From contig JAGRMT010000119.1 of the NCBI GenBank assembly GCA_020441125.1, positions 3,846-54,357 of the forward strand: 50,512 nucleotides of DNA, in the 5' to 3' direction. Positions 18,181 to 26,445 of this stretch are shown in pieces. The notes beneath the pieces were generated by a model that ran no database searches, was not told the origin of the DNA, and saw only the letters and a program-made list of their open reading frames with translations. The position numbers were made by a program, and so were the translations under genes. This DNA comes from Roseivivax sp. (GTDB taxonomy: Bacteria > Pseudomonadota > Alphaproteobacteria > Rhodobacterales > Rhodobacteraceae). The stretch's first letter is position 1. Each line of letters begins with the position of its first letter.

Positions 18181-19874
18181 GCCGAAATCCCCGCCAGATG
18201 CCGGCCGGTGATATAGCCAAAGGTCATGGCCGGGCCCAGTGTGATGCCAGCGCCGGGATAGTTGCCGCCCATGATCGAGGCGCGGTCGTTGCCGACGGCG
18301 AAAAGCCCCTCGATAGGCGATCCATCGGCGCGCTGGACCTGTCCCTGAACGGTGGTGCGCAGCCCGTCGAAAGTGCCCAGATCGCCCATCACGATCTTCA
18401 GCGCGTAGAACGGGCCGCGCCGGATCGGGCCGACGCAGGGGTTGGGCTTGTGCTCGGGATCGGCCAGGTAGCGGTTGAAGCTGGTGCGGCCCCGGCCGAA
18501 CTCTGGGTCCTCACCGTGCTCTGCGCCGCGGTTGTAGGCGGTGACGGTGGCCTCAAGCGCTGCGGCGTCGATGCCGGTGGCGGCGGCCAGTTCGGCCAGC
18601 GTGCTGCCTTTCTGGATGTAGCCGCTCGACAGGTACTTGCCCAGCGGCACCGGGGCGGGCTTGGCAAAGCCCAGGCCGTATTTGCGGATCGTCGGGTGAT
18701 CGCAGATCAGCCAGGCGGCGGTTTCGGTCTGGCCGTCGCAGGCACGCACCAGCGCCGCGCCGACATCGTGATAGCTTTCGCTTTCGTTGGTAAAGCGTTT
18801 GCCCGACCTCAACACCGCGATGATACCAGGCTTGTAGCGGTCCAGCAGGTGCGGGAAGGCGCCGACGCGCCCGCGCCCCATCGGCACCCGCGACACCGGC
18901 ATCCACGCCGAGGTGTCGTTGAACTCGATCGGGGCGTGGCCGCCGATCTGCTCTGCCAGGCGAATGCCGTCGCCGGTGTTGCCCTCGGGCACGGGGCTGA
19001 GATGCTCGCCGCCGCGGGCGAGGTGGGGATAGGCCTTTTGCAGCTTTGCCATGTCATGGGCAAAACCGCCGGTGGCGATCACCACGCCCTTGGAGGCGCT
19101 CAGCCGCGCACCGGGTACGCGCACGCCGGTGACGCGGCCATCCTTGACGATCAGCTCTTCTGCCGGGGTATCGGTGTAGAGCGGGATGCCCAGGTCGAAC
19201 ACCGTCTTGGCCAGACGTGCCGCCAGAGCATTGCCCGAGGTGACCTGCACGCCGCGGCCATAGCGCGCCATTTCGGCGAAATGCTTGATCATGCGCCGGG
19301 TGACATAGGCAAAGCTGGTGGCGCTCTTGGTGGCGTTGAAGAAGTGCTTGATGTCGGCGTTGGAGGAATTGAACATCATCCCCATGAAGGTGATGGTGGC
19401 CAGCGGCGGGCGCAGCCGCTTCAGGTTTTCGCCCAGGGTCGAGGTGTTGAACGGCGCCGCGAGGATAGAACGGCCCACGTCCACGCCGCCCGGCACGTCG
19501 GGGTGATAGTCGGGGTACAGCGTCGGCACGAATTTCACCGCCGTCTCACGCTCGAACCACTCTACCATCTCGGGACCGGTGTCGATGAATGCCTCCACCG
19601 CGTCGGCGGCGTAGAAGTTGCCGGTTTCCTCTTTCATGTAGGTGATCGCATCGGCGCGGCTGTCGGCGATCCCAGCGGCCTTGGCGTGCTTGTTCAGCGG
19701 GATCCACAGAACGCCGCCGGAAAACGCGGTGGTACCGCCGAATACCGGCTCTTTCTCGATGATGGCCACGGACAGGCCATGCTTCTTGGCGGTGATGGCG
19801 GTAGACATCCCGCCCGCGCCGGAGCCGATGACCACCACGTCATAGCTCTCGTTTCCACTGGGCCGCTGGCTCAT
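18177..19874 (-). CDS. FAD-dependent oxidoreductase, 3-ketosteroid Delta1-dehydrogenase-like (third paralogue)
   Basis: GSGAGG, GGTTAFSGGVLWIP, YPDYHP, SGNALAARL, RFTNESESYHDV, NYPGAGITLGPAMTFGY. ATG 19874 follows GGGGAGG. Confidence 0.88.
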   Translation of the reverse strand: MSQRPSGNESYDVVVIGSGAGGMSTAITAKKHGLSVAIIEKEPVFGGTTAFSGGVLWIPLNKHAKAAGIADSRADAITYMKEETGNFYAADAVEAFIDTGPEMVEWFERETAVKFVPTLYPDYHPDVPGGVDVGRSILAAPFNTSTLGENLKRLRPPLATITFMGMMFNSSNADIKHFFNATKSATSFAYVTRRMIKHFAEMARYGRGVQVTSGNALAARLAKTVFDLGIPLYTDTPAEELIVKDGRVTGVRVPGARLSASKGVVIATGGFAHDMAKLQKAYPHLARGGEHLSPVPEGNTGDGIRLAEQIGGHAPIEFNDTSAWMPVSRVPMGRGRVGAFPHLLDRYKPGIIAVLRSGKRFTNESESYHDVGAALVRACDGQTETAAWLICDHPTIRKYGLGFAKPAPVPLGKYLSSGYIQKGSTLAELAAATGIDAAALEATVTAYNRGAEHGEDPEFGRGRTSFNRYLADPEHKPNPCVGPIRRGPFYALKIVMGDLGTFDGLRTTVQGQVQRADGSPIEGLFAVGNDRASIMGGNYPGAGITLGPAMTFGYITGRHLAGISA

Positions 19875-19928
19875 CCTGTCCTCCCCTTCGAACCTGTGCC
19901 GATTTCGCCTGACGCGGGCGATCAGGCC

Positions 19929-19956
19929 AATGGACAGGACAGCGTTTTTGTTGGAC
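19929..19956 (-). promoter_or_regulatory. Candidate AraC-type binding site GTCCAA-N15-GTCCATT
   Basis: Minus strand reads GTCCAACAAAAACGCTGTCCTGTCCATT, 54 nt before the oxidoreductase start. Confidence 0.6.
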
Positions 19957-20013
19957 AATTCGAATGCTGCGCCTGGCCGGGGCAGGGCGTGCCAGAATGG
20001 GGAGGACGGCGGC

Positions 20014-20916
20014 GTGCAGGGTGCGAAACCCATTCCGAGCTTCTATCTATACGGCGATGCGCAGAGGGACGAGGATCTGGACACGATCCATGTCGAGCAG
20101 ATCCGCGAACGCTCGATGCGGCACGATTGGATTATTCATCCGCATGTGCATCCCGACCACGTTCAGATCCTGTGGATCAGCGAGGGCGGCGCGCGCTTCG
20201 TGATCGAGGGCGAGCCGCTGGTCGCGGGGGCGCGAAGCCTGGTGGTTCAGCCCGCCGGGGCGCTGCATGAAATCCGGTTCGAGCCGGGCACAGAGGGGCG
20301 GGTGATCACCGTGGCGGTATCCTATGTCCAGACCGTGGCGCGCGACGATCCGCGCCTGGTCGCGGTCACCCGCACGCCCGGGGTCTATGCGGTGGCCGAC
20401 GACAGCCCCTGCGCCGGTACCGTGCCGCTGTATTTCCAACAGATCATGACCGAAACCACGTGGGAGGCGCCCGGCAGGCGCATGGCAATCCGGGGGTGTT
20501 TCGTCAATATCCTGGTGGCGCTGATGCGGCTGTCAGAGAACCGGACCCAGTCCGAACCCTCGCGGCAGGATCGTGATTTCGAACTGGTCACCCGCTATCG
20601 CGCCGCGATCGAACGGCACTTCCGCGAGCAGAAGTCGCTGGCTTTCTACGCCCGGTCCATCGGGGTTTCGACCCAGCGGCTGAACCTGGCTTGTCGCACG
20701 CGGGCGGGGCGCACCGCATCCGAGGTGCTGTATGATCGCATCCTGGTCGAGGCCAAGCGCTGCCTGCTTTATACCGAGATGACGGTGGCCGAGATCGGTC
20801 ATTCCATCGGCTATGACGACCCGGCCTATTTCAACCGCTTCTTCTCCAAGCGGGTGGGTGCACCGCCGGGCAGCTTCCGCGCCGATGCCGCCACAACGCG
20901 GCGGGTGGCGGGGTAG
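20014..20916 (+). CDS. AraC family transcriptional regulator (PobR/HpaA-like)
   Basis: IPSFYLYG, HDWIIHPHVH cupin, and C-terminal EAKRCLLYT...EIGHSIGYDDPAYFNRFF. GTG after GGAGG. Confidence 0.9.
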   Translation: MQGAKPIPSFYLYGDAQRDEDLDTIHVEQIRERSMRHDWIIHPHVHPDHVQILWISEGGARFVIEGEPLVAGARSLVVQPAGALHEIRFEPGTEGRVITVAVSYVQTVARDDPRLVAVTRTPGVYAVADDSPCAGTVPLYFQQIMTETTWEAPGRRMAIRGCFVNILVALMRLSENRTQSEPSRQDRDFELVTRYRAAIERHFREQKSLAFYARSIGVSTQRLNLACRTRAGRTASEVLYDRILVEAKRCLLYTEMTVAEIGHSIGYDDPAYFNRFFSKRVGAPPGSFRADAATTRRVAG

Positions 20917-20921
20917 GGATC

Positions 20922-20949
20922 GTCCAACACAATCTCGCAATCGTCCATT
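20922..20949 (+). promoter_or_regulatory. Candidate AraC-type binding site GTCCAA-N15-GTCCATT
   Basis: GTCCAACACAATCTCGCAATCGTCCATT, 55 nt before the NIPSNAP start. Confidence 0.6.
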
Positions 20950-21004
20950 TCGGAAAGTCTTTCCACTTTGCATCTTGGCCGGGCGCATTGCGGGAGGAGC
21001 CGGC

Positions 21005-21580
21005 GTGTTATTCGAACTGCGGACCTATGACCTGAAGCCGGGCAAGGCCCCGGTTTACCTGGAGTATTTTCGCACGTTCGGTGTTGGGCTGGTTACCCGC
21101 CACCTGCCGATGGGCGGGTACTGGATGGTGGAATCCGGCCGGCTGAACCGGATCGAACATTTGTGGATCTACGACAGTTTCGCCGAGCGCGACGCCTGCC
21201 GCGCCGGCCTGGCGCAAGAGCGTGAGTGGGTTGAAACCTTCATCCCACGCGCCTTTGCCGATGTGGTGGCGCAGCAGAACCGGATCATGGCGCTGGAGCG
21301 CGGCTCGGATGCGGTGGAGCAGGTGATCGCGGCGCGGCGCAACCGCCACGACAATCAGCCGGCCGGCTCGGCGATGTTCGCTGCCGGGCTGCACGGGCTG
21401 TCGTTTTCGGCCGGCCCGCTGCCGGGCGCGCCGCTGGCGGCGTTCCGCGTGCTGTCGGGCGAGGCGCCGGGCACCCACGTCACCTTGCAGGCGGGCGACT
21501 TCGACGCGCTGACCGCCGATACCGGCGGGCTTGCCGCACATGAACTTCTCAGGCCGCTCAGCCTGTCTCCGCTACGCTGA
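21005..21580 (+). CDS. NIPSNAP family protein
   Basis: FELRTYDLKPG, GYWMVESGRLNRIEHLWIYDSFAERDACRA. GTG after GGAGG. Confidence 0.82.
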   Translation: MLFELRTYDLKPGKAPVYLEYFRTFGVGLVTRHLPMGGYWMVESGRLNRIEHLWIYDSFAERDACRAGLAQEREWVETFIPRAFADVVAQQNRIMALERGSDAVEQVIAARRNRHDNQPAGSAMFAAGLHGLSFSAGPLPGAPLAAFRVLSGEAPGTHVTLQAGDFDALTADTGGLAAHELLRPLSLSPLR

Positions 21581-21602
21581 GCCGCGACAACAGGACAAAC
21601 CG

Positions 21603-22778
21603 ATGGATTTCCAGATTACCCACGAACAACGGCTGCTGGTCGACACCGTGCGCGACTTCATCAAGCGCGAGCTGGCGCCGCTGGAGCAGCAGGTGGAAGA
21701 CAGCGGCGTTCTGCCCGAAGCCACCGCGCGCGCGATCTTCGAGAAGTCGTCGGCACTGGGCCTTTACGGGATGAACGTGCCCGAGGAGTTTGGCGGCGGC
21801 GGGCTGTCCTGCCTTGACCAGATGATGGTCGAAGAGCAGTTCGGCCACACCACTGACATCCTGATCCGCCGCGCCTTTGGCAATGTCTACGAGGTGCTGC
21901 TGTCCTGCCAGGGCGCCCAGGTCGACCGCTGGCTGAAACCGGCGGTGCGCGGCGAACGGGTCTGCTCTATCGCCTTCACCGAGCCAGGGGCCGGCTCTGA
22001 CGCGGCAGGGATCAAGACCCGCGCCGTGCGCAAGGGCAACGGCTGGGTGCTGAACGGCATGAAGCATTACATCTCGGACGGTGCGTTTTCCGACTTCTTC
22101 GTGGTGACCGCCGTCACCGATCCCGACAAGGGCCACCGGGGCATCTCGATGTTTCTGGTCGACAAGGGCATGGCCGGGTTCAAGACTGGCCGCGACCAGC
22201 CGATGATGGGCATTCGCGGCACCTCGCACCTTGAGCTTCACTTCGACGATGTCGAACTGACCGACGAACACCTTTTGGGCCGCGAGGGCGAGGGGCTGAA
22301 GCTGGCACTGTCGGTTCTGGGCCGGGTGCGGCTGGCGCAGGTGGCGGCGCGCGCGATCGGCAAATCGACCAAGATCCTGGGCATGACGCTGGATTACGCG
22401 CGCGAGCGCAAGCAGTTCGGCTCGGCTATCGGCGAGTTCCAGATGGTCCAGCAGATGCTGGCGGACAGCGCGATGGAGATCAACGCCGCGCGCGCCGCGC
22501 TGTGGCAATGTGCCTGGGAGCTGGACGCCGGCATGGACCCGCGGACCAAGATCTCTGCGCTGAAGGTGCAAGGCGCCGAAACGCTGGGCCGGGTGGTTGA
22601 CCGGGCGGTTCAAATCTTTGGCGGCATGGGCTTTTCCAAGGACTTGCCGATTGAACGGTATTACCGCGATGCACGCATCTACCGGATCTTCGACGGCGCG
22701 TCGGAAATCCACCGCAGCGTGATCGCCAAGTCGATGCTGAAGGGTGGCACCGAGATATTCGATCCGTGGAGCGCATGA
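21603..22778 (+). CDS. Acyl-CoA dehydrogenase
   Basis: VPEEFGGGG, AFTEPGAGSDA, LNGMKHYIS, RKQFG, QIFGGMG, YRDARIYRIFDGASEI. Confidence 0.92.
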   Translation: MDFQITHEQRLLVDTVRDFIKRELAPLEQQVEDSGVLPEATARAIFEKSSALGLYGMNVPEEFGGGGLSCLDQMMVEEQFGHTTDILIRRAFGNVYEVLLSCQGAQVDRWLKPAVRGERVCSIAFTEPGAGSDAAGIKTRAVRKGNGWVLNGMKHYISDGAFSDFFVVTAVTDPDKGHRGISMFLVDKGMAGFKTGRDQPMMGIRGTSHLELHFDDVELTDEHLLGREGEGLKLALSVLGRVRLAQVAARAIGKSTKILGMTLDYARERKQFGSAIGEFQMVQQMLADSAMEINAARAALWQCAWELDAGMDPRTKISALKVQGAETLGRVVDRAVQIFGGMGFSKDLPIERYYRDARIYRIFDGASEIHRSVIAKSMLKGGTEIFDPWSA

Positions 22779-24322
22779 TGCAGGACAAGTTCATGAGCGC
22801 CGAAGCCGCGGTTGCGCTGGTCCCGGATGGCGCGACGCTGTCGATCACCGGCGGCGGCGGCGGGCTGTGCGAAGCGATGTGCCTGCAAGCGGCAATCGAG
22901 AAGCGCTTTCTGGAAACCGGGCACCCGGCCAACCTGACGCTGGTGCACGCGCTGGGCATCGGCAACCGGAAGGGCACAGGCGTTGGCCGGTTTGCCCATG
23001 CCGGCATGGTGCGCAAGGTGATCGGCGGGCACTGGGTGTGGTCGCCGGAAATGCAGCAGATGGCCGCGCGCAACGAAATCGCCGCCCATGTGCTGCCCGG
23101 CGGCGTGGCCATGCAGTTGATGCGCGAGATCGCCGCCGGCCGGCCCGGGCTGATTACCCATGTCGGGCTGGGTACCTTCATCGACCCGCGCGTCGACGGC
23201 GGGCGGATGAATGCCGCCGCCACCGATCCGCTGTGCGAGGTGATCGAGATCGGCGGGCGCGAATACCTGCGTTATTTGCCTTTTCCCATCCATGCCTGCC
23301 TGCTGAAAGGCTCTGTCGCCGATGACGAAGGCAACATCAGCCTTGATGAGGAACCGGCCAATGTCGACACCTACGCAGTTGCGGCGGCGGTGCACAACTC
23401 GGGCGGCAAGGTGATCTTCCAGGTGCGCGAGCGCGTGCCGGCCGGCAGCCTGGGGGCGCGGCAGGTGCGTATTCCCGGCGCCATTGTCGATGCCATCGTC
23501 GTCGACCCCGGCCAGACGCAGGGCTATGAGATCGGATATGATCCGTCGATCTCGGGCCAGTCGCGCGCGGCGCTGCCGCCGCCCGCCGATCCGGGCTTCT
23601 CGCCCCGTCGGATCGTTGCCAACCGCGCCCGGGCCGAGCTGCGCGACGGCGCGATCATCAACTACGGCTTCGGCATTCCCGACGAGATCGCCACCATCGT
23701 GGCGGCGCGCGGCGAAGCGGGGCGCTATTACCAGACCATCGAGCATGGCACCTATGGCGGGCGGCTGTTGACCGGATCGCTGTTCGGCTACGCGCGGAAC
23801 GCCAGCTGCATGATCGACGGTCCGTCGCAGTTCGATTTCTACGGCGGCGGCGGGCTGGATATCGCCTTTCTCGGCTTCGGCCAGGTCGATGCGCAGGGCA
23901 ATGTCAACGCCTCGCACCTGGGTGGGCTCCCGGTGGGGCCGGGCGGGTTCATCGACATTGCGCAGAACGCGCGCAAGGTGGTGTTTGTCGGCACGTTCGA
24001 TGCCAAAGGCGCGCAGATGCAGACCGGCGACGGGCAACTGACCATCGCGCAGCATGGCGCGGTGCAGAAATTCGTCGCGCAGGTGGACCAGATCACCTTC
24101 TCGGGCCAGCAGGCGCTGAGGCAGGGGCAGGAGGTTCTTTATGTCACCGAGCGGGCGGTGTTCCGGCTGACGCAGGAAGGCCCCACGCTGATCGAGGTGG
24201 CACCGGGTGTCGATGCCCGGGCCGATGTGCTGTTGCGGATGGGCTTTACCCCCGCCGTGCAGTCAACAAACCCGATGGACCGCGCCTGTTTCGTCGACGC
24301 GGCGTCGGCCCCGCCGGGTTGA
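22775..24322 (+). CDS. Acyl-CoA:acetate/3-ketoacid CoA-transferase (YdiF/Pct-like, family I)
   Basis: RFLETGHPANLT, VGLGTFIDPR, NYGFGIP, TIEHG (catalytic Glu), QFDFYGGGGLDIAFLG, GGFIDI, YVTERAVF. Confidence 0.88.
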   Translation: MMQDKFMSAEAAVALVPDGATLSITGGGGGLCEAMCLQAAIEKRFLETGHPANLTLVHALGIGNRKGTGVGRFAHAGMVRKVIGGHWVWSPEMQQMAARNEIAAHVLPGGVAMQLMREIAAGRPGLITHVGLGTFIDPRVDGGRMNAAATDPLCEVIEIGGREYLRYLPFPIHACLLKGSVADDEGNISLDEEPANVDTYAVAAAVHNSGGKVIFQVRERVPAGSLGARQVRIPGAIVDAIVVDPGQTQGYEIGYDPSISGQSRAALPPPADPGFSPRRIVANRARAELRDGAIINYGFGIPDEIATIVAARGEAGRYYQTIEHGTYGGRLLTGSLFGYARNASCMIDGPSQFDFYGGGGLDIAFLGFGQVDAQGNVNASHLGGLPVGPGGFIDIAQNARKVVFVGTFDAKGAQMQTGDGQLTIAQHGAVQKFVAQVDQITFSGQQALRQGQEVLYVTERAVFRLTQEGPTLIEVAPGVDARADVLLRMGFTPAVQSTNPMDRACFVDAASAPPG

Positions 24323-24412
24323 GGCGGCCCGGTCTTGCCGCCCCCGCCGGCAAAGCATTGGCGGGGACGGCGGCATCACGGGGGCCATTCCGCGATGCCG
24401 CCACGGGCCGGT

Positions 24413-25373
24413 TCAGTGCCCCGCTAGGGGGCTGAGCGTTTCAAGGAATGCGATCAGTTGCCGCCGTTCGGCATCGCTGAGCGACTTGGCGCGCAGTTCG
24501 CTGTGCCCCGAAGGTGCCTGGGGTGCTGCGGATAATTCTCCTGCACCTCGGGCAGCGAGGCGAACTGACCGGCGTGCATGTACGGTGCACGCGCGCTTGC
24601 ACCGCGCAGCGATGGAGTCTTGAAGGCGCGCTCGGCCTCATCGCCCGGGGCGGCCATGAAGCGCAGTTCGGTGCAGCTTTGCGGGTCGGCATCTCTGTAT
24701 GCACCAAGACAGTTGAACTCGTCCGCCAGGACCAGGCGCGCGCCTTCTGCCCGTCCGCTGTCCTCGGGCAGGCCCTGCGCTGCGGGCACGCCGGTGTTGT
24801 GGAAGTGATTGTCGGTCAGAAGCGGGCCATTGTGGCAATTGACGCATTCGTCCTTGCCGACGAACAGGCGCAGGCGTCGATCTCGGCTTGCGACAGGATG
24901 CCCGCCTGGGGGAATTCAGGCGATGCGACCCAGGCATCATAGCGTGTTGGCGTTGGCGCGATGGTGCGTTCGAAGGCGACAATCGCCTTGCCCATGTTGG
25001 CGTAGACCGCCGTCACCCCGGTGCGCTGGTCCGCAGTCGGGGCCGCCCATGCCGCCGCCGCGGCGGGATCGTCGACCGGCCCGGCCCGCGCGGGCAGGTG
25101 GCAGGTTGCGCAGGCGACCTTCCCGTTGGCGCTGAAGCGCGTGTCGAAGAAGATCGCCTTGCCCAGTTCAGCCGCGCGCGGGTCATCTGCCACCCGGTTC
25201 GATGGATCGGGCGGCAAGGGCGGCAGCGACGAGAGCGACAGGGACCGCAGCTGCATGGTGTGCTCTTCGGTCCAGTCCTGTTGCGTGGCTTGGTACAGTC
25301 GTTCCGCCGTGGCGCCCCCAAGGGCCATGGCGATGATGACGAGTAGGGAAACGCGGCGCTTCGCGGTGCTCAC
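24413..25373 (-). pseudogene. Di-heme cytochrome c peroxidase/MauG family pseudogene
   Basis: GTG 25373, then ...LGKAIFFDTRFSANGKVACATCH. An apparent large internal deletion follows, a frameshift near 24875 leads into LRLFVGKDECVNCHNGP...FKTPSLR...PYMHAG, and a second frameshift near 24530 leads into ...LIAFLETL-stop 24413. Confidence 0.85.
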
Positions 25374-25813
25374 AGCAAGATGTTGAAGGTGACGGTGTCG
25401 GATCCCCTGGCCGCGTCGATCGCCAGCTTCAGTTCCCACCATCCGGCCATGTTGAACTTGACGCCTTCGACCAGGTAGCGGCCGTCGCCCATGTCGCGGG
25501 CCACCGCCGGCACGGTCGGCAAGCCATGGCCATGTTGCGGCACTCCGCCGTCGATGGCGATCCGAGCGCCGTCGACCGGGCGGCCCTCGCGATCTGTCAA
25601 AGTCACGATCCAGGCGTGCATCGTGCCCACCGCCACCGGGTCCTGTTGCGACTGAATGGCGGCGACATAGGTGCCGGCGGCGGTGGCCTTCTGGCGCGCA
25701 AGGTCCAGATCGGCGGGCAGGCGCCTGAACCAGGCCGCGCTGGCGCCGCCGGCAGCCACGACAAGCGCGGGAACGGTAATCAGGATGGTGCGGCGGGAAA
25801 TCGTGTTTTTCAT
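25370..25813 (-). CDS. YtkA-like/FixH family exported protein
   Basis: DGGVPQHGHGLP, GRYLVEGVKFNMAGWWELKL. N-terminal SRR plus hydrophobic segment; RBS GGAG. Confidence 0.75.
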   Translation of the reverse strand: MKNTISRRTILITVPALVVAAGGASAAWFRRLPADLDLARQKATAAGTYVAAIQSQQDPVAVGTMHAWIVTLTDREGRPVDGARIAIDGGVPQHGHGLPTVPAVARDMGDGRYLVEGVKFNMAGWWELKLAIDAARGSDTVTFNILL

Positions 25814-26079
25814 GATGTAATCTCCGGTTTGAGGAAGGACGTCTGCACTGCCGATTTCCAAAAGAGGGGGCCTGCAGCACGCTTGAACGAAACGGCTGAC
25901 CTGCGTGGCGGCGCTGGATGGTTAAGTGCCCGGAGGGACGCGGTGGGCGGCGACGGGCACAAAGGTTACGACTGGTGCGCGACTACCCGGAAGGCGTCCA
26001 TCGCCAACCGCGATCGACACCGGTCGCGCTTCTGGCGTGGAATCGAATGCGGCGTTCCCTGCGCGCCTGCCTGCCCAAA

Positions 26080-26430
26080 AAGAAAACCAGCCAAGTTGTC
26101 ACCATCAACTCGGGCGCGCTGATCGCCGGGCTGAGCCAGATCAAGAACCACGACTTTGTACCGCCCGCCGTGATCGGCTCTGCGCTGCTGATCTGGGCCG
26201 TGGGCGTCACCAGTGGCGTGGCGACCTGGGGCGCCGCCTTCAACGCGGTGGTGGTGGCGCAGGCCGCAGCAGACCGAGAAACCCAGTTGCGCTGGCGTCG
26301 GATTGGCGCCGTCTTGTTCCACACCTCGTTGGCGATGTTCCTGGCCGTGTTGCTAGTCATGGGGTTGGCGGCGCTGCTCTGGCCGCGAGAAGCCGCTTTG
26401 GTATCTCATTTTCGGCAATCCCCGGCCATT
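26080..26430 (+). pseudogene. Possible fragment of a hypothetical membrane protein gene
   Basis: Frame encodes TM-like stretches (INSGALIAGLS, ALLIWAVGVTSGVATW, VLFHTSLAMFLAVLLVMGLAALLW). It lacks a convincing start and runs into the MFS gene. Boundaries are approximate. Confidence 0.35.
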
Positions 26431-26445
26431 CGGGCCGCGCCCGGA

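Noticed and set aside
2724-19874. Steroid degradation cluster
   Set aside because: KstD-like genes are present, but no ketosteroid hydroxylase, isomerase or seco-steroid cleavage genes. The neighbours point to small hydroaromatic acids.
18198-20270. 690-aa plus-strand ORF
   Set aside because: Antisense shadow of the FAD oxidoreductase. No motifs; typical of high-GC DNA.
22679-24055. 458-aa minus-strand ORF
   Set aside because: Antisense shadow of the CoA transferase.
24330-24410. GC-rich imperfect inverted repeats after the CoA transferase as IS ends or MITE
   Set aside because: No transposase, target duplication or second copy seen. More likely a terminator-like structure between convergent genes.
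24816-25880. 354-aa ORF as an intact gene
   Set aside because: Chimera of an off-frame read through the YtkA-like gene and the first piece of the peroxidase pseudogene.
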